From Antedon mediterranea (Eukaryota; Animalia; Echinodermata): a stretch of DNA of 64,000 nt. The stretch is from positions 29,766,437-29,830,436 of the forward strand of contig NC_092672.1 of assembly GCF_964355755.1 (NCBI RefSeq), in the 5' to 3' direction. The notes beneath the pieces were generated by a model. That model was not told where the DNA came from. It was given only the letters and a program-made list of their open reading frames with translations, and searched no databases. The translations under genes were made by a program, and so were the position numbers. Below are positions 1 to 13,803 of this stretch, piece after piece. Position 1 is the first letter of the stretch; each line of letters begins with the position of its first letter.

Positions 1-80
1 TCATCGACGTAGCATACCCCAATTATGATAATCATAACTCAAAAGCACTGATCTTGAGTTTAGTCAGTGCCCAGGTTTAA

Positions 81-2536
81 AGATGTATTGTCCCCCAAAA
101 AATGAAAAATAAAGATGAAAAAAATCAAATTTTGAATAGACCGTTTTGTAGTTAACATAAAGTTATTCACTTCCACCGAAAAAAAATCCGAAAAAAATAT
201 TGATTTCGCTTATAAAAAAATCAAAATAAGTTTACCATTTTTTCGAACTCATCGGCTCAGAAATTAGGCCGGTAGAGCTAACTCATACATATGCATGATA
301 TGTTAATGAGCATCCACACAGCAGAGATCTGATCTAACAATGGACGATGCACGTTGTATGTACGTACAACAACACCACCAGAGATCGACGCGACTCGACT
401 GTGGGTTTCCCTGGCCTGATCGTATGTAAAGCTGAGCTGTTAATTTGTCGGTAAGTAGGCCTAGACGGTTATTTTAAATATAATAATATATATAACGCAA
501 TAATAACAGGAAGGTAAATTAATTAACTTAGCCTGGGATTTTTTCAGTTCAGGGCTAGGCCTAGGCCTAGAATAATTAATACATGCTGCTGCATATTACT
601 AGGCTAGTAGCAAGCAGACTGTGACAATCGGGTCCCTGCAGAAGATGCCCAGCTAGGCCCTATACATTGTACTCTTCATAGACTGGCCTAGGCTATATGC
701 CATCAATCTTAGCTACATTCCGAAAATACAGCCAGCTTGCTGTACCATATATATTTACAGTTGAAGCTTGTTTAACTAATTTTTATGATAAAAATAAAAC
801 AAACATTTTTCAGGGAAAATGGTTGCAATACAAGCCTGAAATTGAGAACCTTCCAGCAGCACTGTACAAGTAGACAGAGGGGAAAAGCCAGCCTAGCCAT
901 TTTACAACACAAACAAATGTTCTCTGTACTGTAGTAAGTCAAATATTTATTTTCTCTTTTTATAAGTTATAACATTATAAGTAATGTGTTTTAATTACCA
1001 TAGAAAGGTAGTATACTTATTTGACTATGTCAAAGTAAGCAATTTCACTAGCCCAATTTTTCACTAAATATGCATGATCTATTTTTTCCAGATTTTCATA
1101 CTTTGCTTTTACTTTTTTTAAAGACGTTGAGCTGATGAAGACTGGAACAGAGGTCACCCAAAGACAACAATGATAGACTCGGTATTGGAATATGATTGGA
1201 TATTGCAGGAAAAATATTTCTGACTCTCCTGCTGCATTCGGCCAAAATATTCTTGTCCAGCTTGTAAAATATTGTATAATTTTTTTTGTATTATATGTAC
1301 AGTATATTATTTTGTAAACATAACATTCAATAAAAAAAAAACTACTACAACAGTACACAGGATAAATTCTTCAAATTTACTTACACTTCATAATTTTACT
1401 GTAAATATTACAGTGCAAAAGGAGTTAATAAAATATATATATACAGTATATCTTATTGAATTCCTCAGCTGTATTGTTTTTTGTGTCAATTTGTCTACTA
1501 ATTATCAATGTGTTGATTGTGGCAGTAATTACGACAGCTATAGTCTTCTAAGATCGCTCACATCCATTACAAAGTGTCATTTTAATAGTAAGAAACGTTT
1601 CAATAAATTGTGAATGTTGCCACTGTACGACACATTTTATGTTTCTCACTACTTGCTCTTATTGTTCAATCAATCAACCTAAAAAAAAAAAGAAATTTGT
1701 GTCAAAATATCTGCATAAAATGTTTATTTGTGGAATGTTAATTTGAACCTATTGCATTTGATACAGAAAATATTTTTAAAATATTGCATCAGTAAAACAT
1801 CCAAAACAATATTTAGATTTTCTTTTTTTTTTAATTTTCACTGCCGAATAGATAGTTGAAATCTTTAAAAATTAAACCAATTCATCATGATTAAAACAAA
1901 AATACATCCCTTCTGGTGGTGGTCTACTGTATCCCTAGCTAGCAGTGTACTACCTAGGCCTACTACACTCTACTTCTAGAGACAGAAGTAGGCAGCACTT
2001 AGGCTACTCGAGACTGTCAGTGCTAGTTAGTAGTAGTAGTAGTACAGTAGCAGCAAATTCGGGCCTAGGCCTAGCTAGGCCTCTCCTGTTAGCGAAACAA
2101 AAACTCACCTAAATGAATAAGATTCAACATCAAAGTTACCAACTGTAATTCTAACTTAGCATTCTGCTAGCTATAGTTTTCGTGTTTTCTTCAAGATTCG
2201 TCTCGCATCACTATTCGACTCTCTCGCACGCATGCATTGCTATCGTTGTTGGCTGTTGATTTGGAAAGCATCATCATCCACACGATGTATCCATACAATA
2301 TGAATATTTATGAGCTAACTCAGGTCAAGGGTTAAATTAAACCGGAACACATTTGTCTTCCAGACAAATAGCTTCCGGTTGGTTAATTTTTGCATTAAAT
2401 TGCGATTTTCCCGTGTAAAAAATTATTTTTTTCAATCCAAATTGAGGTCAAAGTGAATAACTTTTATGTGCAATTAAAATGGCCTATTCAACAAAAATAT
2501 TGAAAAATTTTTTTTTTTCAGGGGGACAATACATCT
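81..2536. mobile_element. Non-autonomous TIR DNA transposon, Kolobok-like
   Basis: Perfect 16-bp TIR AGATGTATTGTCCCCC (81-96) / GGGGGACAATACATCT (2521-2536), flanked by TTAA on both sides (77-80, 2537-2540). Imperfect subterminal inverted similarity (AAAGTTATTCACTT / AAGTGAATAACTTT). TTAA TSD with purine-purine ends fits Kolobok rather than piggyBac (CCC ends). No transposase ORF seen. Confidence 0.75.
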
Positions 2537-4479
2537 TTAACATAGGCCTACTGTAATATGCAATTTGAAAGAATAGCGTTTTAACTAAACGAAGTTGCTT
2601 TAGTTATTCCTCTATAACTTTAATTCCGCAAAATATCTATTTCACTGCCCCCTATGAGTATAACACACCTCAGAATCCGCTTCCTCTGAATTTTGGATTT
2701 ATAACGATGCCACTTAAGTGCCTCGAAGGGCCATCGAAGGGCCATCGCTACCACTAACTTTGTCAGGAGAATAAGAGCCGGGAAATGTTATATTTGATGT
2801 GATGCTGATAACTTATATGAAGCAAAATATGCGAATAATGTTGCCAATCTGATACAGACAGTTATGAAGTATCATAAATGTAAGCAAACAATGGAATAAT
2901 GATTGGACAAAGAAGAAGACGATGATAATTTAGTCATTATTCTACACATTAAAACATTTAGGCATCTTATGTTTTTAAATGATTTATCTAGGAGGAGGAC
3001 GGCCATTTTTAGGGTTAATCTGTGACAGTTATAATACATGTATCCCGTAGGGTCAGATCTAATATCGTGCGTTTTCACATAATTACCATATATCTATATC
3101 TATATATAAATTATGGTTAATTCTGACATAGGCGAGCACAATGCAAAAACTTCGGTACAAATCTCCGCCTTGGATACCTACCTTATCTATCCGAGATGTA
3201 CCGCGAAACGTAGATTTGATAACATTAGTGTGCACGCCGACGCTATTGTTCCATATTTATATCTTAGGAAGATATTATAAAGAGTTTTTTAACAACATTT
3301 ATGATTTCAACATTGGATTTTCCTCTCAATTTCAATTCTTCCCGGTCAAAGTAATTTCCGGGTTTAAGATAAGTTCACCTTAGTTTCAAATATTTTCTCT
3401 CTTTTATACACAAGGGAGCAGTTAAAATAATAGATTTGACCCTAAAGGTGACTGGAAACAGGCACTTTCCATCAATCAATACAGTGTTCCTTTGGAAGAC
3501 GAAAAAAAAATTGGCCATTAATAATAGCCATTTCAGTTTTTTGTTTATTTTAAAACATACCACACGTGTGTGGAGGTACAGTAGTTAAATAATAGGAATT
3601 ATACTGCAAATTAATAAAGATCAAATTAAATATACGCCATAAAGAATCAGAATATATTGTGGGGAATAGTATTATAAAATTACATAGGGAGATTTGATAA
3701 GACATTTTTCGAGTGAAATCCCAATAGCTGAGTTTTATTGAGTAAGCTTGCAGGAATAACTGTAGGCTATCTTCCTGTGTCCCGTTAGGACCGAGATGTC
3801 TGCCCATGTTGCAAGCCGTAATGTCTTCTTTCTTGGGCCCACTCTGTCACGGCAGTTAGTTTCAAAAGATGATTAAATTAAATAATGTATTAATAATTAT
3901 TAGGATGGTATTCATTTGAATAAACGCCTCTCCAATAAAACATCACTTTGAATAATAACCCCCCCCCCCCCCACACACAACCCAACTATCTAATAAACGT
4001 CCATTCACATATTTATAATAACACAATTATACTATTTGTAGTAGAATTCACCGCACTGTTATCTGCAATTTACCAAGCATTTGTTATTCTTTTTTACCAC
4101 TTTTCATATCTATGAGAGGATTTCATTTGATTATAAATGTTACCATATTATTAGAACTAAAAAATTTAACATATATCCCTCGAATAAGCACCTTCCTCAA
4201 ATGACCTTCGCCTCCCCAAAGGGCCCTACCAAACAATAAAAACTATACTTTAAAATGTTATTAACCATCTAAAACACTGTGAAACAAAGTAGTTCAGTTT
4301 TACGAATGTCAAGCATTTTCAATAATGGTAACCGACAGAAAATGTATAAGGAGAACATTATCATTCCGAGAACCATCGTCTACACTTCCTAGAGGGGGAG
4401 CGAGCGAAGCGAGCTCACCCTCTAGTATACGGTAATTATTATAATAGTTAAGAAAAAGAATTTGTCTTCGATCTTGTAG

Positions 4480-5290
4480 GGGACCGGAATCGGAAATTTG
4501 AGACATTGCTGTCAATGGTATTTTCGTATATCCCAAAGCCATGAGTAATACTGTAGTTACAATGCAAAAGGACTAGCCATGTGACTCTTCGAGTTATCAA
4601 ATTTTGTAGGGGGCGAATCGGAAATTGTTGGGATAGTTCTACTGTCTGGGGCAACTTACATGAAAAAGTTGCTGTCAATGCCATTTCTGTATATCCCAAA
4701 TGGTATTACTTACAATGTAAAAGGGATTTTGACGTGTGGCTTGATTAAATCTTGTATGGCCCAACGGGCATTTTTGGACTACTGTCTGGGGAAACTTCAG
4801 GATAAAATTGCTGTCAATGGTATTTTTGTGCATCCCAATGTGTAGCAGTTACAATGCAAAAGGAATTAGCCGTGTGGCTCTTCGCATGATTAAATCTTGT
4901 ATGGCCCAACGGGCATTTTTGGGCTACTGTCTGTGGCAACTTACAGGATAAAGTTGCTGTCAATGGTATTTTTGTGCACCCCAATGTGTGACAGTTACAA
5001 TGCAGAGGGGAATTTGCCGTGTGGCAACTTACACGATAAAGTTTCTGTCAATGGTATTTCCGTATCCCAATGTGTGTCTCTTGATATGAATAACACCAAT
5101 TTTTAGTGGTCACTTGGGGCTACTGTCTCGGGTAACTTAGAGGATAAAGTTGCTGTCATTGCTGTTTTAACATTCTATACACATACGGACAATGTCCAAC
5201 TTTTATCCGTGTGGTTTTTTAAATGATTAAATGTTTTACCCCTCCTATTTGGTGTCCCCAGGGAAAATTTACAGGATATGACCCGGCAGC
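4480..5290. repeat. Degenerate tandem repeat array (units about 110-140 bp)
   Basis: Recurrent TTGCTGTCAATGGTATTTT, CTACTGTCTG..G.AACTTAC, GTTACAATGCA and GGATAAAGTT blocks; boundaries approximate. Confidence 0.7.
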
Positions 5291-6149
5291 AATATTGATT
5301 ATAGAATCTTAGCCATATATCTAAATAATCAGCCCATCAAACCTTTTGTGGTTTTTCACATGAATACATTCTCTGGGCGCCCGGTCTAGACGCTATAGTG
5401 CTGCAAACATCACAGGTTTGATTTCACGCAATTTTGTTTGCTTTATAATATATTGGTTTTTCCTCTTCAAAGCGATTGTGTAATAATAATTATTCTTCTA
5501 TTGTATCTTGTGACCTTCAAGCTATATTTTTACTGGAAAACGATAGACCTACTTCAACTTATACGATGTTGTATTGTATTATTATTACTTCATACTGCAT
5601 GTATACAGTAAGCCCCAGGAAAAACTAAATCATGCATTACAAACGTACGCGCTGCGCCGAGCTAAAGAGGTCATTAAACTGTATAATGTGTCGACATTGA
5701 TATAGGCCAAATCAGGGAAGAGTTAATTAACCAAATAAATCTACTCCTATCAGATCGATCTGAGAGAATTAAAAAGATGCTAATATTACGTAACTCATAC
5801 TTGAATGTTTAGAAATGACCCCATGTGATAAAAGTATAAACAAACTCGTTTGTTTTTATATTGTGTCCACACTGAGGTTTTATTCACTAGGTGATCATGT
5901 GTCCACACTGATGACCATATTTATGTCTACATAAGTAGTCATTATTTCTCCAACAAATGTTCAGTACAGCGTACGTATCGATGGGAGATTATCTGATATT
6001 GCAGTCTCCTGATGTAAATGCTGAACGTGAATTCACAACAAATCTGTATAATCACTATCATGTTTATGGTGTAGTTATTTCCATTTTTTACAAAGTCACA
6101 ATTCTAATTTTCATCAGCATGGGGCATTTTATTGTCCATGATTGTCCAT

Positions 6150-6322
6150 TATAATCGTCATTATCATCATATCACCATCATTCTTATTATAATCAGCAGC
6201 AGCAGCAGCAGCAATATTGCATCATCGATTCATCATCATCATTATCATCATCCTATCATCATCATCATCACTAACTTCATCCCCATCACTGGCAGACAAT
6301 CCCCCACATCGTCCATCATCAA
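6150..6322. repeat. Compound (CAT)n/(CAG)n microsatellite
   Basis: Imperfect CAT and CAG triplet runs seen directly. Confidence 0.85.
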
Positions 6323-6569
6323 TGCAATTGGTATATTTCTTTAATTGTTTATTACCATTAGAACTAAGGAGAAACCTTCGGGATCCAACGAAGCATTCCC
6401 TGAGGTGTCCCCTGATCGTATAGTGTAGTGTTAAAACATATGTTTTTTCTTGTGTATTACACGTGGGAATGTGCCTCCTCCTGAATAGGGTGTCCCAAAG
6501 GGGGAGTTCTACTTCATATTGTTAATACTTTAACTTCAGTGACATCAATAGCGTCTAAATGTTTCGAAT

Positions 6570-7601
6570 CAATGGTGCAATGGTATCCTATCCAACAAAG
6601 AATCTACCAGTGTTGGAGCTCCTCAAGGATGTGTTATCTCTCCAATTTTGTTCTCTTTTTATTCTAGTAGTTTTAATATTTTAAGTAAAGATTGCAATAT
6701 TGTAAAATACGCTGACGATACTGTAATTAGTGGTTTTCTTTGCGATAGTAAGCATAATGTAAATGAATTTGTTAATGAAGTTGGAAGATTTGTTAATTGG
6801 TGTGAAGATATGAACTTAATACTTAATATTACTAAAACCAAAGAGATGATAATAGATTTTCGTAAAACTGCAGTTGAACATAATGTAATAACTATTAAAG
6901 AAACCGAGGTTGAAAGAATAACCCAATACAAATACTTAGGTACTATAATTGACAACAAATTAAAATGGGAGTCAAACTCTCTCATGATTTCCAAGAAGGC
7001 ATCTCAAAGGCTCTACTTTCTCAGAAAACTCAAGCAAATTAGAGTTGATAACACTATTTTAATTCTATTTTATCAAAGTATTATTCAAAGTATTTTATCT
7101 TTTAGCATTGGATGTTTTTATGGTAACTTTACTGAAAATGATAAGAAAAATATTGAGAGACCACGTAAAATTGCACAACGTATTATTAAAGCTGATCTTA
7201 CGCCTTGTTCATTTATCTATGAAAAGAGTATTCTAAAAAAAGTAAACAATATTATGAAAGACCCCACTCATCCGTTACATTACTGTTATAACTTAAATAG
7301 ATCAGGCATTAGGCTACGACCTCCAAGAGCAAATCTTTGTAGAACTAGAAAATCCTTCCTTGTAAATAGCATTCATATTTTTAATTCTAATGTAAGACGA
7401 TAAATGCAATTTTTAATAGTTTTACATTTTTAACAGTATTTTTAACTTTTATCTTGTATTTTTAATCTGTTATAATACTAATAATATAATAATATAATCT
7501 GTTTTTAAATTGTTGCAATATTGTTGTTTTAATCTACCAAGCAAAGTGAATTTCCATTTTTATGGACAAATAAAATTTCTTGAATCTTGAATCTTGAATC
7601 T
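6570..7601 (+). mobile_element. 5'-truncated non-LTR retrotransposon (Rex1/Babar- or L2-like), RT C-terminal half
   Basis: GAPQGCVISP motif just upstream of ORF 6648-7403, which has KYADD, KTKEMIIDFRK, YKYLG, QRLYFLRKLK and DPTHPLH. Ends in AATAAA plus a (TCTTGAA)n tail at about 7579-7601. Confidence 0.9.
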
Positions 7602-7812
7602 TTTATCAATGAACTAAACGAATTATCGATTGTTTTCAATTCAGAATAGGAGCAAATCGATGAGCCCTGGGAGGACAAAAAATGCGTCTTCTACATTAAT
7701 CGTGAACAATCTATCGCCTAGGCGTGGACGTAGGAAAATAATATCTATGAAAGAAATTAATTTATCCCCATGAAGGCGACCTTCCCGCCGAACGCCCGGG
7801 ACAAACCATGTA

Positions 7813-8123
7813 ATGGACGACAAGAACAAACTTCGTCTGGACGGACATTACTGTGACGTCACTCTTATTGCAGACGGTAAACGACATCTCGCGCATAAGA
7901 ATGTTTTAGTGGCGAAAAGTCCGTATTTTAAAGAGTTGTTTGAAGCCAAAGGTAACCAATACAAATCGGAATTTAGGTTGATTGGTGTCCGCAGCTCAGC
8001 ATTGTCTGTTGTTCTTAGTGTTGTGTACACTTCCAGTCTGAATGCTTCCGATGTGAGCGAACTTGACGACTTGCGGGAAACGCTTCGAACTGCGTACACT
8101 TTAGGTATAGAAGTAGTTAATGT
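7813..8123 (+). pseudogene. Kelch-like (BTB-BACK-Kelch) gene, 5' part: BTB/POZ domain
   Basis: CDVTLIADGKRHLAHKNVLVAKSPYFKELF...VYTSSL is a BTB signature. Homology stops at 8123 where a TIR element starts. The true start may lie upstream. Confidence 0.85.
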
Positions 8124-9069
8124 CAGGCCCGAAGCCAGAATGCATCAGAGGGGGGTTTTCTTGACACCAAGTATTTTTGCGAGCGCAGCGAGCAACTGTA
8201 GGCTGGGGCCAGGGGCCGCCAAGGGCCCCCGGTCGGGGTCCAGTGGGTGAAGGCCCCTGGAAGCTTTGGCTCTCAGAGCAATTTCGGTTTTTTAATAAGC
8301 TTACAGAGACATTTTTTACCTACTAAAATCTGAGTTATGCAGAGAAATTATATAGTACAGTATATTATGGAAGTTAGTAGTAGGCCTACTGATCATGAAA
8401 TACAGCTTTATTGTTGCAACAAAGTATATTATAATTATTAGGCTCTTAAATAATTTCTTATCCTATAAACATAAAAACAAATAGTACCGTATATTTCGGT
8501 GTACAAGTCGCACCTGTGTATAAGACGCACCCATAACGGAGACTGAAATATTAGTATTTTTATGTAGTCGATGCATAAGACGCACTTATGTCTAGGCCGA
8601 AATTTAAACATTTTACAATCAAAACAATGGTATTTTAATAATAAAACAACGATATTTGAGACATATTTATTAGAATCAAATGATATAATTTTGTTTGATT
8701 GCCTTTATTTCATCGTAATCAGTCTCTACTTTAACTGAACGTTCAATGAAAAGGGAAATCCCCATATTGTTTCAGTTACGATGCACTGTGTGGGTAGGGC
8801 TAGCCTATGTCTATTTAAGTAACTTTAAGTTCATATTATTTAAATATAATACCTTCTTATTGTGCGTATGACCATTATAAAATCAATCCAAATGATGTTC
8901 AGTTTTTTGGGCTGATAATGAACCAGGAATATCATGTTGGGTAGGCCTATTTGAAAATCTTTCCTATTTCCATGCATGCATTACATAACAGCAATATGAG
9001 GAGAGGAGAGCACTAACCATGTGCTCCTTGCCTGGTGGCCAGCACTGTTGGCCATATATTCATTCATTC

Positions 9070-12000
9070 ATCCAGGCAACATGCCCAAGAATGTTAAACA
9101 AATAGAAATCAAAATACACGCCCCTGGAAACGAAATAGACATGGTTATTATAATCAACAAGCAAGAAATGACAGTTACCAACACTTTAGTTATGGCTCAA
9201 AAGAGTCAAACTATATTATGTATGAACCATGCTGGAAATGTGGACTAAACAACCATCAAGCCTACGAATGCTACTATCAAGAACAGTTAACATGTAAATC
9301 ATGTGGTCAATATGGTCATAAAGCAAGATATTGTGGTAATGTACATAATTATGATCATTATTATTACGAACGAAATAATTGACCAAAGAATCTAAGAAGT
9401 ACATTAAAGTCACAGTCCGAAAAAGAGACTAACAATACTACTGAATGTTCCCAGGCCATAGATGATGTATTAATTAATGATAACCACTCATATGTAATAA
9501 ATAAAAGGAATAATACAATAACAGATATAAACCAAATAGTAAAAAAAGATCCTCATATATTTGAGGAACTAAATCAAAAGGGTTTTATATTTGCACATTT
9601 AAATATACGTAGCCTAGACTTACATGTTGATGAATTGCAACGTATTCTATAACAACAATTTCAATGTTTTTGGCTTAAGCGAAACATTTCTAGATAATAC
9701 ATTTATTGATGAAGGTTTTCATGTTGACAATTATATATTACACAGACTAGATAGACGTAAAACTAAAAAAGGTGGAGGTGTATCACTCTATATAAACCTA
9801 AAAACCAACCACAAAATTAGGAATGATCTAATGTGTAATGAACTCGAACTCCTATCTATTGAAATAGTACGTGATAAATGTAAAAATCTAATTGTTCTAT
9901 TGTGGTATAGACCTCCAAATACTACAGCAGTTCTTTTTGAATATTTACAAAATATATTTCAAAAGATTGAACTGGAAAACAAAGATATTATGATGATGGG
10001 AGATTTAAACTGTGACGTTATGTCTGACAATCCACATTGCTACACAAAGAAACTAATTGAATTAAGTGAAAATTTTAATCTAAAACAGATCATTGAAGAA
10101 CCAACACGTATAGAAAAACATTCCTCTATATTAATAGATGTTATGTATTTCTCAAATGTTTCTAAAATATTAAAGTCTGGAGTTATCCACATCGGCTTAA
10201 GTGACCACTCAATGCCATTCGCTATAATAGGGAAAGGGGCGAAAAATAATAAAGATTCCAATAAAACAAATAAAATTATTAAACAGGATCATAATTATAA
10301 AATGACACGAAACTTTAAAAAATGTAATGAAGACAGTTTTTTAAACGATTTATTAATGGTAAATTGGAATGGTATTACCGCCAGTGGCGACGTAAGTCAG
10401 AGTGCCAAACTTCTCGAAACTACACTAACCAACATTTTAGATAAACATGCTCCTTGGAAAAAACACAGGGTACGTAAAAAAACAGCTCCTTGGCTCTCTG
10501 ATGATGTATTTGAAAATATGAGAGAAAGAGATAAACTCAAAAGAGAATGTAAACATTCTAAAAATGAATCACTCTGGAAAAGGTACAGAAAGTATAGAAA
10601 TATGTGCAATAAATTAATACGTAAAAGTAAAGCTAATTTTATTCAAGAAAGTATAAAAGAAAATAAAAACGATGTAAAAAAAACATGGGATACCATAAGA
10701 TATATTATATCGTCAAAAAAGAAAACTCAAACTATTCAAACAATTTGCAATGATAATGGCGATGTCCTCTATAAAGCTAAGGACATCGCAAATGAAATTA
10801 ATACATTTTTCTCAAATATATGTTCAAATCTTGCATCACAAATACATGAGCCGATAAATGATATAAATTATGATGAAATCGATGCTTTCACCGAAAATAA
10901 TTTTGAATTCGAACACATCACATGTGAATTTGTATATAAATACTTAAGAAATCTTTCAAAAAACAAAGCCACTGGTCATGATAACTTACCACCGGGCATT
11001 CTAAAACTGTCTGCCCCGATTATATCCCCAACAATTACAAGAATCATAAATCACTCCTTCACAACATGTACATTCCAAAATACGTGGAAAATAGCAAAGG
11101 TCACGCCAATTTTTAAGAATGGTGAAAAAACTAACCCTAATAATTATCGTCCCATTTCCGTCCTACCTATACTTTCAAAAATAATTGAACGAGTCGTTTT
11201 TAATCAACTTTATGCTTTTTTGAATAATAATAATCTGTTATGTATAAATCAATCAGGTTTTCGACCATCATACTCAACATCTACTGCACTTACAAAAGTG
11301 ACGGAAGACTGGTATAGTGCAATAGACGAGGGTAAGCTGGTCGGAATCTGTTTACTAGATTTTAAAAAGGCCTTTGATACGGTAAACCATAACATACTAT
11401 TAAGCAAATTGAGACTTTATGGTTTAAGTAAATATGTTTTAAAATGGTTCGAGAGCTATCTGTCTGAGCTAAAGCAATTCACAAATGTAAATAATACATT
11501 GTCTGACTATACACACATCCAATGTGGAGTGCCTCAGGGGTCAATCGTGGGCCCACTTGCTTTCCTCTTATATATAAATGACCTATCGAAAGTTGCAAAC
11601 AAATGTAAAATAAGTATGTATGCTGACGATACTATAATTTATTGTTCTTCAAAAAATGAAAATGAAATATACCAAAGTATAAATGAAGAACTTATACAAA
11701 TCGACGATTGGCTAAAAAATAATAAATTGAGTCTAAATGTCTCTAAATCCGAGTTCATGTTGATCGGATCGACAAACCGATTGGCAACCACCAAAGAAAA
11801 AAATAGATCAGTTAATATATAGATAACGATGTAGTACCACGCGTTCGATATTGCAAACATCTCGGTATCATAATAGACGAACATTTATCATGGAAAAATC
11901 AGATTGAATACATTCGAGGTAAAGCTCTAAATGGATTGGGTATGCTTAGACGATGTAGCTATTATTTTCCACAAAACATATTAAAACATATTGCAAACTC

Positions 12001-12839
12001 TATTCTAATACCTTACTTGTAACATAATTTGGGAAATAGTAGTCAAACTCTAATGAAAAGAGTTCAAACTATCCAAAACAGAACAGCTCGAATCGTGTGT
12101 GGTCTAACAAGGGACACACCTAGTAGTGAAGCACTAAGACAAATTAATTGGTCACCTTTATTTTATCAAGATAGATATGAATGTTGTATGGTTATATATA
12201 AGGTTTTGACAGATAATGCCCCACCTTACCTAAATAATGTATTTACATTCAATGATATAAATTATAATCTAAGGCACAGTAATACACATCTATTCATCCC
12301 AAAGCCAAAAACCGATTTTAAAAAACGAAGTCTGTCTTATCGTGGAGCAATTATATGGAATAGTCTCAATGTTGATACCCTTCCAAATTCAGTTAAGTTG
12401 TTTAAAACGTATCTGAAAAATGCATTGTAAAACATAATGGTATGGTAATCTACGATGGTGTACATCCAACTTTTAAAATGGCTAAATACTATGTAAAATG
12501 TGTGTTTTATCACTATTATTTTAAGGTAAATGAAATCCAAAAGATTTATTATGTATTACAGTTGAATCCCCATAAATTATACACTTCGATAAGGGTTTCC
12601 GTTTACACGGGAAGTACCGGTATGGTGTACCCTAAATAGAGGTGTCAGATGAAGGGGATTCTGCTGCAATTTTGTTTCTTTTCAATTTCAATTTTTTTTG
12701 TTTCTGTTGTATTTATATGGTGTTGATTTTTTTTTGTGTAATACAGTATCACGAACTTGTGTAAAAACAATCAATATTGATTGAACGAGTTGTACTGCAC
12801 ATCAGTCTCGTGTTTAAATAAAGTTTATATATATATATA
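9070..12839 (+). mobile_element. CR1/L2-group LINE, 5'-truncated and frameshifted, nested
   Basis: ORF1 tail with two CCHC knuckles (stop 9380-9382). ORF2 APE (HLNIRSL, GLSETFL, YRPP, GDLN, SDH) and RT (NYRPIS, DFKKAFD, GVPQGS, YADD) in ORFs 9624-11822 and 12029-12430. Ends AATAAA plus (TA)n. 5' boundary approximate. Confidence 0.92.
12559..12666. mobile_element. Possible small MITE in the LINE 3' UTR
   Basis: CAGTTGAATCCCC ... GGGGATTCTGCTG (11/13 inverted match), preceded by TA; higher GC than the flanking UTR. Confidence 0.45.
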
Positions 12840-13803
12840 CACTATGAGATTAGGGGAAGCTACTTAATCACAATAACAACAGACTCTTTTAGATATCGCT
12901 GGACATACGAACTATTGCCTACATGATTATACAATTATGTGATTGTTGACATAGAGATGTAATAAAAATAAACCACCGTGATCAAGGGAAATAGTTATTG
13001 TGTAATTAAAATGTGACACCACCGTAATTAATGGACTCTTCCATAGATGTGTTGCGCTGTGATGCTGCATGCTGCTAGAATACACACCCGCGAGTTCAGA
13101 GAGTATTACTAGGCCTGGGTAGAATATCTAATGCGTACTGTAATATTAATTAATACAGTCGAGGATGACAATTTACCTTAACTAAAAATTCAATAAACTT
13201 GTTACCACACTGTGGTTAGACAGGAGTGAGTAACTAGCTAGGCCTACATTGCAGAGTAGTACACTATTTTAAATTAATTTAAGTATTAGTAGGTAATTAA
13301 ATTAATTAGGGTAATATTTAGAGGTCAAATTTTCGTGTCAAAAGTGCGTCTTATACACCGAAATATACGGTAGGCCTACGTACACATACCATTTTTATTC
13401 AAGTTTACACAGTGAAATTCTTTGGTTTAATGAAAAATATTTCCAGGAAAAAAATTAAAATCCCCAAAAAGATTGAACTGAACTGAACGTGATCTTGTGC
13501 GTTCCGAAAAGCCCGGCCGAAGCACGCGATTGGTGAGTCCATTTTTCTGTCATATTTATAACCATCATCTCTCAACAATCTCTCGATCTCACGCTCAGCA
13601 GTGACTTTGACATCGGACAATCTGTATATTCGATCGATTTGTTAATAGAAGAAAAATGACAAAAAAATCTGCTATAATTGATAATTAATTGCACGATTTT
13701 GGAAGTGGGGCCTTTGTTTTTCAAGGGGGTTCGCTGGTAAAAGGGGGGTTCGCGCAAAAGGGGGTTCGCACGAACCCCAAAAACCACCCTGGCTACGGGC
13801 ATG

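Larger units (their letters stand above)
8487..13370. mobile_element. Non-autonomous pogo/Tigger-like (Tc1/mariner) element, nested
   Basis: TIR CCGTATATTTCGGTGTACAAG / CTTATACACCGAAATATACGG with TA on both flanks (8485-8486, 13371-13372). Subterminal TATAAGACGCAC repeats. Confidence 0.85.
8124..13803. mobile_element. Non-autonomous TIR DNA transposon with 5-bp TSD (hAT5-like by inference) inserted in the kelch CDS
   Basis: TIR CAGGCCCGAAGCCAG (8124-8138) vs CTGGCTACGGGCATG (13789-13803), 13/15 match. TSD AATGT at 8119-8123 and 13804-13808. Removing it restores ...GIEVVNVVCGKFMIARL. Confidence 0.85.

Noticed and set aside
1017-6154. Numerous short 60-113 aa ORFs
   Set aside because: No recognisable domains, AT-rich low-complexity codons, located within non-coding repeats; the same applies to short antisense ORFs overlapping the LINEs.
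6132-6423. His-, Ile- and Ser-rich ORFs
   Set aside because: Translations of a CAT/CAG microsatellite.
8124-8250. C-terminal 42 aa of the 145-aa BTB ORF
   Set aside because: Read-through into the transposon TIR region, not part of the kelch protein.
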